From Octopus bimaculoides (lineage: Eukaryota): DNA of 40,751 nucleotides. Positions 1-10,163 of this stretch are shown one piece after another; the first letter of the stretch is position 1, and every line of letters starts with the position of its first letter. Position numbers and translations under genes: made by a program. The notes beneath the pieces are model-generated. The model was not told where the DNA came from. It did not search any database and saw only the letters and a program-made list of their open reading frames with translations. Location: the NCBI RefSeq assembly GCF_001194135.2, contig NC_068985.1, forward strand, positions 23,053,208 to 23,093,958, given 5' to 3'.

Positions 1-363
1 AGTTTGCAAGAGGGTGTCATAGAATTGGTCTTTCAGACCATCTGGTAGCCCCGGTTGAGGTGCATAGGCTGAGATGACAGTAGCTAATCTATGATGAAGC
101 ACTAGTCTGATCTTAAGTACTCTGTCACTTACTCTAACGACCTCGATTACCTTATCCACCCATTTCTCCGCTAGAAGTATTCCTACGCCCCCGACCCCGT
201 CAGTGTTCCCTGCCCAGAAAATCTTGTACCTGTGTTCTTTGCCTGTGAGGAACCTCGCAGAACCTCCTCTCCATCTTACTTCCTGGATGCAGCACATATC
301 TACGCGTCTTCGTTCAAGCATCTCAACAATTTCACCAGATCTACCTTTCAGCGTGCCGATATG
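1..363 (-). mobile_element. RTE-type LINE, AP-endonuclease domain, stop-free frame running off the window edge
   Basis: Manual translation of 360..1 gives 120 codons with no stop: IGTLKGRSGEIVEMLERRRVDMCCIQEVRWRG...GVGGVGILLAEKW...SDRVLKIRL...VISAYAPQ...KDQFYDTL. These are the GT / QE.RW / GVG / SAYAP motifs of the APE domain of RTE-clade LINEs. Confidence 0.85.
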
Positions 364-724
364 TGCCGATATATATATAGATATATATATATATATTTAA
401 ATATATATATATGTGAGTGTATGCATGTGTGTATATAGGCATATATACATAGGTTTGTGTGTGGGATTTTGTGTGTAACAAAATAGCCATCTACTACCAT
501 TCATAGCAGTCCACCAAATGCACTCTGGCAGCATATACCATGAGTCTATCAACTACTACTAAATTCAAACCATAACAGGCAGAGAGTATGGCCTTGAAGT
601 GGATGATTTTAAACTAACGGAGACAACACTCACATATCACCTGAGGAAACACAACTAGATCTCATTATGCAAACAAACGGCTGCATAATCAAATACTTGT
701 ACTCTTGGAGAACTACATAATCTT

Positions 725-1310
725 TACATGCCACCAGCACGGGTGCATTTACACAGTACCAGTATGAGTGCATTTTATGCAGCACCTGCAAAAGACAAGC
801 CTGTATGGATGACAGTGATCTTACTTAGCTTGACACATCTTCACAAGTACAGTAAATTACCACAATTCCCAGTCCCTTATCATTTACTCAGAAAAGCCCA
901 GCATTCAAAGATCCTTTCTGACCACTTTATCCATCTTCCTGGGTCTACCCCATCCAGAGGTTCCCTCCACAATTAGAGCTCAGCACTTCTTTATACAGCT
1001 GTCTTCATCCATACACATCACATGACCAAACCAGTGGTCTTCTTTCTTGCACATAACAGCTGATGCCACTTATACCCAGTTTTTCTCTTAAACTATTTAC
1101 ACTCTGTTGTTCATGCACACAGACATCACCCATCTACCGGAGCATGCTAGCTTCATTTCTTTCAAGCTTTTGCAAATCCACGGTAGTCAAAGCCCATGTT
1201 TCACTGCCATGCAACAAAGTTGTATGTACACAGGCATCATACAATCTGCCTTTCATTTTGAGGGAGAGGCCTTTAGTTAACAACAATGTAACTTTGCCCA
1301 GCCTGTTTTC
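725..1310 (-). mobile_element. RTE LINE fragment (RT C-terminus plus 3' UTR), decayed
   Basis: Minus-strand translation LLTKGLSLKMKGRLYDACVHTTLLHGSETWALT..LERNEASML, with stops and frameshifts. Same family as the copies at 5351, 6170 and 19480. Boundaries approximate. Confidence 0.75.
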
Positions 1311-1379
1311 ATGCTTGTTTTATGTTCAGTTATAATAAAAACAACTTAACATTAATCAGAAGGATTACTTTGTACTTTT

Positions 1380-2090
1380 GTAGAGTAAAAATTTATTCTT
1401 TAACAAGAACAGCATTGAAAGTGACTTCGAAGTTTCAGCCAGCTTAGTCATTATCAGACTGTGATACATTAAGGTTAATCTTGATTTTATTTAGTCTCTG
1501 CTGAGACAATGTTTTTCGTGGGTTAGTGAAGTTCAGTTGAATGGTAATTAGGTTTTAGGGTAGGTTGTGATGGAGAGGTGTAATGAATAAATTTTTATTG
1601 ATTAAATTTGGGGTTATGTTATTGTTCAGAATTTATTCATGAATGCAGAACTTTGTAAACGGGTAAGTATATTTAGGTGAATTGGCTTCAGGCCATGAGA
1701 TTGTTTTTTAGTGATTCACAAAAAAAAAAAAAAAAAAAAAAAAAAAACGTAGATAGCTAAAAGGAGTTTTTAAGTCAGTGGATGTGCCACTAGTTTTAGT
1801 TATTTTTGGTTTATTGAATTTAATCCTTTAGTTTGACAACATGAAGTTCAAAGTTTAGTCCAGCATTTAAAAAACTTAGAAATTGGGTGTGTTAGCTTTT
1901 TGTAATGGAATTTTTAATGCTTCACAAAAAGAATGTAAGTAGGTAGTGTGTTTTAGCTGATCAGTAAGTTACTTCATATGCTGTTCATGTTATTTAGGGT
2001 TCTTTTGTTTGTATTTGGAGTTAGGAGATTATTAGTGGAGTATGTCACGTTGTTATGAGTATAGAAATTTATTTATCTTGTGTTTTACTA
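1380..2090 (-). mobile_element. probable Penelope-like element remnant with a degenerate hammerhead motif at its 3' end
   Basis: Hammerhead-like core at 1418..1463 on the minus strand, followed by AATAAA. The adjacent low-complexity AT-rich sequence has no clear protein motif. Extent is uncertain. Confidence 0.3.
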
Positions 2091-2820
2091 TTAGAATATA
2101 TATATAAGAAATGCTATTTTTGGCAGCTTGCTAGTGCAGATAAAACAAAATAGTTTTGTATCATAAAAGTAACAAAGTTATTTCTAATTTAAGAATAGCA
2201 AATAAACAATGACGAAAGAAGTTAAGGACATATTGGCCCCGTAACCACTGCCATCTTGTTGTTTGTTAAATAATTCCACCGACAATCTGACTCAAACCAA
2301 ATGACACACAACCCTTATAAAGACCAATCTGTAATTGTTTTACCGTTCTGTTTACTGGTCGACCAGAAGAAAAAAAATCAAAATATTTTAATACATTTAA
2401 TAAAATAATGTGTACAAATGGTAACAAAATTCTCAGTACACAGTTCCGTCAATTTACTTTCGTTTTTCGCGTTTTAATTTGGTACGCTAATCTTCAATAT
2501 GGCTATATTTCCTGTTAAACTTTGTACAAGCAGAGCGAAATTATTGAAGTTTTTTTTTTCTAACAGAAACTGTTCTCTTTGACAAAAAAATAATTAATTA
2601 ATTACAAGGATACGACATTTCTCGATAAACTCCTGAACCGAATTGTTTGTGTTAAACAACACAAGTATTTTAAACACGTAAATAAACTCAAGGCAATCAC
2701 CTTTTTACCTAACACGGAAGACTTATTAAAAATTGAATAAATGAGCTATTTCAGAGAACAACATGTAGTACGCAGAAAATATATATATATCTAAATTGAA
2801 GAAAGCAGAATTAAACTTAC

Positions 2821-2895
2821 AACTTTGTTTTCATCATTGATATATTCATCTAAATTATCCAGATACATTGTATCGAGAGAAGATGTAGACGCCAT
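2821..2895 (-). CDS. POLD3: DNA polymerase delta subunit 3 (p66), coding exon 1; the rest of the gene lies left of the window
   Basis: ATG at 2895, 25 codons MASTSSLDTMYLDNLDEYINDENKV, then a perfect GTAAGT donor (2820..2815). Matches the recalled POLD3 N-terminus MADQLYLENIDEFVTDQNKI. No exon 2 (VTYKWL-like) was found within 1..2820. Confidence 0.85.
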
Positions 2896-3514
2896 TTTCG
2901 TTTCCCGCGATATTTTCGATTAGGGCAGAACTATGGATAGTTTTAATGACAACAATTGATGAGGTCCTTCGATTGCGGTATAATCGATTTTTTAAAGCAA
3001 ATCTATCATATTAATTCTATTGCTATGATTGTTTATTAGCAGTTTAGTAAATTTAGACTTTCAGCTAATCAAATTTATCACAGAAACATAGATGCTATTT
3101 TTTGAATGTCATTAATGCGTTTAATTAAAAAATTGACTAACGAAATAACCGTTTTGCTCGCAGTGAATTTGAGACAAGACACAAAATATATTTATTTCCT
3201 GTTTTCAACTCTCTTTTGGAGTTATTTTGGTGACATTCGAAAAATAAGATAAAATGTAGTTTGTAATTCATTTAGCGTAGTATACATTTGAAAGTAAAGG
3301 TGATGTAAATAAAAATTTTCATTTTAAATAATACTTTTTGGTAGCGTTTCGAGGGAAAGGAATTTATTGCAAATATAGGTTTCCATATATTTTAATGCAG
3401 CAACGACAACAGTGATAAAGGAATTAGGGTAGATAACTCTCAGTGACTTGTACACTATGGCTGCAAACACACTTTTATTTACTTCTACATCGTGATTTAT
3501 TAATTTATTAAAGC
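2896..3514. promoter_or_regulatory. bidirectional promoter / 5' UTR region shared by POLD3 and LCMT1
   Basis: 619 bp between divergent start codons. CpGs are visibly more frequent here than in the flanking non-repeat DNA. Transcription starts are not observable. Confidence 0.65.
2901..2908 (+). promoter_or_regulatory. E2F-type motif TTTCCCGC
   Basis: Exact match to TTTSSCGC, 5 nt upstream of the POLD3 ATG. E2F control is typical of replication genes. Function is inferred only. Confidence 0.4.
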
Positions 3515-3715
3515 ATGGCTAGTGACGAAGCTGTTATGAGCACTAACGATGATGCTTCGCAATGTAAGCGTTTCGCTGTAGATAAAGGCTATTGGATTGA
3601 CCCTTATATCTCTATGCTTGCGATGCGAGGCTCGGATATCCACACACCGGAGATAAACCGAGGTTACTATGCGCGTGTAAAAGGAATTCATCTTCTGCTT
3701 GAAAAGTTTTTTAAG
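3515..3715 (+). CDS. LCMT1: leucine carboxyl methyltransferase 1, coding exon 1
   Basis: MASDEAVMSTNDDASQCKRFAVDKGYWIDPYI...PEINRGYYARVKGIHLLLEKFFK, matching LCMT1 motifs (DAS.CKRFAV..GYW.DPYI, PEINRGY.ARV). Donor AAG|GTTAGT, phase 0. Confidence 0.95.
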
Positions 3716-4467
3716 GTTAGTTTATATTGAACAACAAACCACTTGATATTAAACACATTTGATCGATCTGAATTTATGAATAAATTTCGAGATATCATTC
3801 AATTACCAGCGTTTTAAACAAGTCTCCATTATATCAATTTTGTAAATTTTTAATATGATCAGATAACAATTATTAAGGCTTTGAACCATTTCGTCTCTAA
3901 ACATCCCCAGTAATATACTGTTTAAGTTAACATTTTCACAAGTAACCGTTTTCGAAACTGACTTTGCTTTCTGTATTTGCTGATATTGTCTTTTATGTTT
4001 ACTTATTTAAATTATCTATACTGTTTTATCGAAAAGTTCTAGTATCAACATTGCAAGTCGAATTTGTAGCAGGCTATAATTAATTACTCATTATTAGACA
4101 GTTTACATAATTACATACAATCCAAATGTGACTGTAAAGGCGTTTGTGTACGCAATCATTTCATATTAGTAAGAGCGGTCTTTGATTATAACGTACCACT
4201 ATCACTTTGTCAAGTATCGCTAAAAACAAGCTTGTTATTGCAAGTGTCATCGATTTTATAGTCAAGCTGTATTGTTGCAATCTCAAAGATAAGAGGCTGG
4301 AAAAAGAACAGATTTGTCAATTTTTAGTATTTGTGTATCTTCATTATCACAGCTCTACAATTCGTTTAGGTAACTCTGATCTTTGTAAAGGTTTGTGTAT
4401 CTGGAGACTAACATCAGAATATTGTTTCGCAAGCGTGTTGTATTAACCACTCTAGAGGGAGTGCCTT

Positions 4468-5109
4468 TTAGGCACTGTCATGCTATTAGCTTAGGCACTG
4501 TCATGCTATTAGCTGTCAGAAGTGAAAGTGCTCACTGCTAGTGAAGTATCTGTCTGCATGCCTGTTGCTGGCCTGTCGATTCTTTGGCTACTGACAGCTA
4601 ATACCATGACTGGCCGGAGCGAGTTATATGTCTGTCTCTCTATCTATCTATTACTCGAAAGTTATTGGAACAAATTTGACACCTATATCCATGCGTTTGA
4701 AAACACACAGAGTATAAGGGTACTACTAAAGCAGAGTGGTCCCGAACGCGCAGTCGCGCTAGCTAGTCGTGAGTGGTCGATCCTATTATTTTTAAACTTC
4801 AAACTTTTATTTGTTTTCTATTTTGATAAATTCTCTCTGTTGAAAATTATATTTTTATATTTTAAATAATTTGCAATTTCAGGAAATATGTTTTTATATT
4901 AAATTTGTGTTTTCTAATAAGGTGGACGAGTGATTGATAGATAGATAGATAGTAGATAGATATCAGTAAGTAAGTAAGCCAAAGTATCAACTCAAACCAG
5001 CAGGCAGACAGACAGACGGACACAGCAACAGGCATGCAGGCAGACAGACAGATACTTCACTAGCAGTGAGCACTTTCACTTCTGACAGCTAATAGCATGA
5101 CAGTGCCTA
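4468..5109. mobile_element. MITE / foldback element with 65-bp perfect terminal inverted repeats
   Basis: TAGGCACTGTCATGCTATTAGCTGTCAGAAGTGAAAGTGCTCACTGCTAGTGAAGTATCTGTCTG at 4492 is the exact reverse complement of the sequence ending at 5109. The 23-nt left end is tandemly duplicated (4468..4490 and 4491..4513). Internal GATA/GACA microsatellites. No target-site duplication (TSD) found. Confidence 0.85.
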
Positions 5110-5350
5110 TACATATCATTGACAACTGCTCTCCTGCGAAATACTCGACTAAATATGAAAATATTACTGTGGTACTGTTTCACTTTAAACGAATGAACCC
5201 TCTAAAAGTCTCAAGTTCGACTCTTTACGGATTATTTAACAAAATGAAGTGAATACAAAGATATAGAAATTCTTTAGATTCCTATTATATTGGTTTATTG
5301 AAACGACGAAATGTGCTTAGTTTCTGTATATAAGCAGCTACTATATATAT

Positions 5351-6065
5351 CGTCATCATTTAACATCCGCTTTCCATGCTGGCATAAGTTGGACGGTTTG
5401 ACTGAAAACTGGTAAGCCGGGGAGCTGCACTAGGTTCCAATCTGATTTGGAACGGTTTCTATGGCAGGATACCCTTCCTGATGCCAACCACTCCGAGAAT
5501 GTAGAGAGTGTTTTTTATGTGCAACCGGCATGGGGGCCATTGACCTGACACCAGCACCAGCTACGATTACAGTCTCACTTGGCTTGACAGGTCTACGCAA
5601 GCACGGTATATTGCCAAAATGTCTTGGTCACCTGTCATTACCTCTATGAGGCCCAAAACTCGAACGTTTTATGTGGAACTTTTTTATGTGGCACTGGCAT
5701 GGTTGCCAATCAGATGGCACTGGCATCAGCCATGACTACAATCTTGCTTGGCTTGAAGGACCTTCTCAAGCACGGCATATTGTCAAAGGTTTTAGTTACT
5801 TGTCATTGCCTCTGTGAAGCCCAACATTCAAAGATCGTACTTCACCATCTTGTCCCATGTCATCTTGGGTCTACCTCTTCCACAGGTCCCCTCCACCATT
5901 AGAATGCGACACTTCTTCACACACCTGTCCTCATTCATATGCATCACATTACCGTACCAGCGCAGTTGTCTCTCTTGCACACCACATCTGATGCTTCTTA
6001 TGCCCAACTTTTCTCCCAGGACACTTTCACTCTGTTGTGCATGCACACTGACATTACACATTCAG
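5351..6065 (-). mobile_element. 5'-truncated RTE LINE (RT C-terminus, 3' UTR, (GAT)n tail)
   Basis: ORF 5828..6061 LGEKLGIRSIRCGVQERQLRWYGNVMHM...GRGRPKMTW is typical of RTE ORF2 ends. It continues into the family 3' UTR ending CGGATGTTAAATGATGACG. Confidence 0.85.
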
Positions 6066-6169
6066 CAAAGCATTTCTTTTATATATATATATAGTAATAT
6101 TAACAATAATCCTTAGATAGAATTTATGAATATTTTAATACAGTTATACATGCATTTCTATGACAGGAT

Positions 6170-7755
6170 GCCCCTGGGAGCTCCTCTATGCTTGCTCTAA
6201 TTGCTGAGTCACTATCAGAACCAGAGGAGAAGTTTCAGGTGTGGAAGCAAGCATTNNNNNNNNNNTCACTATCAGAACCAGAGGAGAAGTTTCAGGTGTG
6301 GAAGCAAGCATTAGAATCAAAGGGCCTTAGAGTCAACCTAGCTAAAACCAAAGTCCTAATAAGTAGGAAGGTAGAAAAACCACAAACCCCTCAGGTAGAT
6401 GGCCCTGCTTGATCTGTAGAAAAAAACATAAGTAGAAACTCTATAAGATGTACCCAGCATAAGCTATGGACACATAAGAGGTGCAGCAATATCAAAGGAA
6501 GACTAACTAGGAAGATAGTTTTTGTGTGTGGCAGAGGCTCAGGAGCAATAAACACTGAAAATGTGCAGAGAACAACTTCTGCCACATTCCAGGGAGAAAA
6601 ACTAGAAGTAGTTGATAGCTTGTGTTACCTAGATGACCAAGTCAGTAGTGGGGGAGGGTGCACTGAAAGTGTGTCCCAGAATCCCTTGTGCCAATGAGCT
6701 AAGTGTGTTCATAAAAGGGAGAAGTTGCTCTCCTGTGATGTAATCAAAAGCAATTAGTATATTTGTTTTTGAATATGTCAGAACTTATTAAGAATAAATA
6801 TACATATTAGCATTTTATAAGAATAGACTGGGCAAAGATTAGAGAGCTCCTACCTCTCTTGATAACAAAAGGCCTCTCCTTCAGAGTGAAAGGCAGACTG
6901 TATGATGCCTGTGTGCAAACAGCCATGCTACACAGCAGTGAAACATGGGCTGTAACTACTGAGGACATGCATAGGCATGAAAGAAATGAAGCTAGTATGC
7001 TTTGCTGGATGTACAGCAGAGTGTAAGTATCTTGAGATAAAAGTTAGGCATAAAAGGCATCAAATGTGGTGTGCAAGAGAGACAACTCTGCTGGTATGGT
7101 GATGTGGTGCATATGGATGAGGGCAGTTGTGTGAAGAAGTGCTGATCTTCTCTATTGGTATAGGAAACCTGTGGAAGAAGTAGACCCAGGAATGACAAGT
7201 GACTGATACCTTTGGCAATATACTGTGCTTGAGAAGACACATCAAGCCAAGTAGTATCATAGTTGTGGCTGATGCCAGTGTTGAATAACTGGCACTTGTG
7301 CTGGTGGCATGTGAAAAGCACCCTTTGAATACTGGATGATATGCCATGTTTGAGAAGACCCTCCAAGCCAAGTGAAATCATAGTTGTGGCCAATGCTAGT
7401 GTTGCATAACTGGCACCCATTCCAGTGGCATGTAAAAAGCACTCTTCAAATGTTGGGCCTCACGGAAGCAGTTGCATGTGACTGAGAGCTTTGGTGATAT
7501 ACTGTGCTTGGGAAGACCTGTCAAGCCCAGCGAGATTGTAGTCATGGCTGATGCCAGTGTTATGTAACTGGCACCCATGCCAGTGGCACATAAAAAGAAC
7601 CTGCTACACTCTTGGAGTGGTTGACATTAGGAAGAGTATCCAGCCATAGAAACCATGCCAAATCGAACTTGGTGCAGCTTCCCAGCTTACCAATCTTCAA
7701 TCAAACCATGCCAGCATGGAAAATGGATGTTAAATGATGATGATGATGATGATGA
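6170..7755 (+). mobile_element. 5'-truncated RTE LINE (RT domain to (GAT)n tail), decayed, with an insertion at about 6690..6825
   Basis: GCPWELLYA, ESKGLRVNLAKTKVL, CYLDDQVSSGGG, GWAKIRELLPLL..KGRLYDACV..SETWA in broken frames. Long 3' UTR ends GGATGTTAAATGATGATGATG. Confidence 0.85.
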
Positions 7756-7759
7756 TATA

Positions 7760-8630
7760 TACAAGGTGCAGTGAATATATTGCCCTCTAAATTACGCAAA
7801 AATGAAAATAACACTGACATCTCATTTTAACAAATGTTTATCAAAATTACATAAAAATATCTTGAAATACTGAAGAGTAAATTTATTCTATAGAATTGCC
7901 ATTGACTTCAACTAAGGCCTCCAGATGACTTCAGAATCTCCTGCAACTCTTCTTGATGGTCACCTTGTTTAAGCTGGTGAATGCTGCCATGATCTTTGCC
8001 TTTTGTTCATCTTTGGAGTTACAAGGAGTTTTGTTGGTCTCTCGCTCAGCTGCACCCTACACATAATAAAGGGGATTGCAGTCTGGGGAGTTAGACNNNN
8101 NNNNNNNNNNNNNGACGCTCTTCCGATCTCATGACTAGGTTCTCTTGCTTGTATGGAATGGTGCAGAGTCCTGTTGCCAGACATAGGGTCTTCCAGCAGC
8201 CACCCTTTTGATCCAAGGCAGCACTACCTCCTCCAGGCACTTGATGTGGGCCTCCATGTTGAGTCTGAGGCAATGTGGGAAGTTGAATGGAGGCAGAACG
8301 TCGCCATCACTAGTGATCACTCGAAACACCATGATGTTGACTGGTTGTTTGATTTTTATCTCTCTCAGTACATGTTTCGGGAACAAGGCAAGCCAACAGT
8401 TGTTCTGTGTGTTCACCATCTGTTTGTATCGGCGTTTCCAGTGCAAATGCCAAGCAGTACAGAATATCATTTCCAAATTTCTGGCAGAGTGAATTGCATC
8501 ATGGTGCAATTCACAAACGGTGCCCAACTGCCCCTACTATACTGTGTAGTTGACAAAATTGAAGACAAACAATGCGCATGCATGAAATTAAAAGTATAAA
8601 TTGGTGACAATTTACCCATCACGTCCTGTA
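7760..8630 (-). mobile_element. Tc1/mariner-superfamily (maT-like) element, internally deleted
   Basis: Transposase remnants IMVFRVITSDGDVLPPFNFPHCLRLN..YIKCLEEVV..RPYVWQQDSAPFHTSKRT and SPDCNPL. Degenerate TIRs begin TACA(A)GG in a TA context. Confidence 0.75.
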
Positions 8631-9009
8631 TATACATACATTAATACTTGTTTTTATGTAAAGTTATAATAAAAACAATTGAAATTGAAGAATTACTCAA
8701 TATTTTTTGTTGAATACAAATTTATTATTCCTTAATTAGAATACTACTGACAGTGACGTTGAAGTTTTAGCCAGCTAAGCTGTCTTTTATACATATGGCC
8801 ATACAAGTTCTATACACATGCCCAAATAATGCAGTCTTTTCTTTTGTACACAACATCAGATTCCTATGTTCCAATTTTCTCTCAGTTTATTTGCACTCTT
8901 TCATTCATGCACACTAGTATCATACATCCAGTGGGATATGCTCACTTTAGTTTGTTTTTAGTTACTGGTTTTAGAATTTAAGTTTATTTTCTTAACTTTA
9001 ATAAATATG

Positions 9010-9443
9010 AACAGCACCGTCTGAGCGTGATCATTGCCAGAGCAGCTGTCTGGCTTCCATGTTAGTGGCACGTAAATAGCACCATGTGAGCGTGATCATT
9101 ACCAGCGTCGCCTTACTGGCACTTGTGCCGGTGGCACGTTAGAAAATCATTTGAGCAATGTCGTTGCCAGTACCACTGGACTGGCTCCTGTGCAGGTGGC
9201 ACGTAAAAAACACCATTTTGAGCGTGGCCGTTGCCTGTACCGCGTGACTGTCCCTCGTGCCAATGGCACGTAAGAGCACCCACTACACTCTCGGAGTGGT
9301 TGGCGTTAGGAAGGATATCCAGCTGTAAAAACTCTGCCAGATCAGATTGGAGCCTGGTGCAGCCATCCGGTTCACCAGTCCTCAGTCAAATCTTCCGACC
9401 CATGCTAGCATGACAAGCGGATGTTAGACGATGATGATGATGT
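9010..9443 (+). mobile_element. RTE 3' UTR / (GAT)n-tail repeat with internal tandem subrepeats
   Basis: Ends ACCCATGCTAGCATGACAAGCGGATGTTAGACGATGATGATG. Nearly identical 3' parts occur at about 15940, 23030 and 30590. Confidence 0.8.
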
Positions 9444-9979
9444 ACTATTTAGTTTTCTTGGTGGATGGTTTAGTAAAAGACAGTAGTTACTTTATGAGGT
9501 CCTTTAAAAATTTGGCACCTCAGACATGTGCTCTACCTATCTCCAGCCTAGTTCTTCACTGATTACGTATAATCTTACCCAATTAAAATTTCTTAGTTCA
9601 CTACATTAATGTTAGTACCAACCAATGCAACTATTTGTAATATTTACTGATGGTCAGCTGTGGTTTTTACTTCTACACCAAGATATTTGACACATTTATT
9701 ATTGGTTTCTTACTTGCTGATATTAATCTCTCATATATATAAGTGAGGAAAATAAAGTTACGTAACATTTATGTCTTTTTCAAGAACATTAATAACCAGA
9801 ATTTATAAGTGTTTCACTGATTTTGCTCATCATCTCTAGTCGTCACAATTCAATAGTATCTTCAATTTCCCTATGAAGTTTCACATTTATTTCAGCACAT
9901 TTTGCTTCTCTAACTTCTTGTCATCCCAAATCTTCATATATTTTAGCAACAGAATATTTTTTCTTCTATATACTTTTAG

Positions 9980-10163
9980 CATACCCACTGTAACTGTCAA
10001 GTTATAAACCTAGGAGCAGGATATGACACAACTTTTTGGCAATTTAAAGACCGGAATCTGATCCCCAAATCTTATATTGAAGTGGATTTCCAGAGTGTGA
10101 CTGCAAAGAAATGCCATTACATCAAATCTCGAAAACGTCTTCTCCAAAGTTTGACTTCTGAAG
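9980..10163 (+). CDS. LCMT1: LCMT1 coding exon 2 (SAM-binding motif)
   Basis: Acceptor TTTTAG|. Encodes HTHCNCQVINLGAGYDTTFWQFKD...YIEVDFQSVTAKK...SLTSE plus one G. Ends at a GC donor (GAAG|GCATGT), phase 1, matching exon 3. Confidence 0.9.

Noticed and set aside
4522-4869. 115-aa ORF
   Set aside because: It lies wholly inside the foldback element, includes microsatellite-derived residues, and has no splice or homology support.
6204-6315. Direct duplication of about 50 bp on either side of a 10-N gap (also at 19499..19546)
   Set aside because: Identical sequence flanking a fixed-length gap is an unmerged contig overlap, not a biological tandem repeat.
7730-7756. ATGATGA motifs as possible snoRNA C boxes (many sites)
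   Set aside because: They come from (GAT)n retrotransposon tails, and I found no paired D box with a terminal stem.
9010-9280. Regularly spaced repeats resembling a CRISPR array
   Set aside because: Eukaryotic context, degenerate units with related rather than unique spacers, part of a LINE 3' UTR, and no cas genes.
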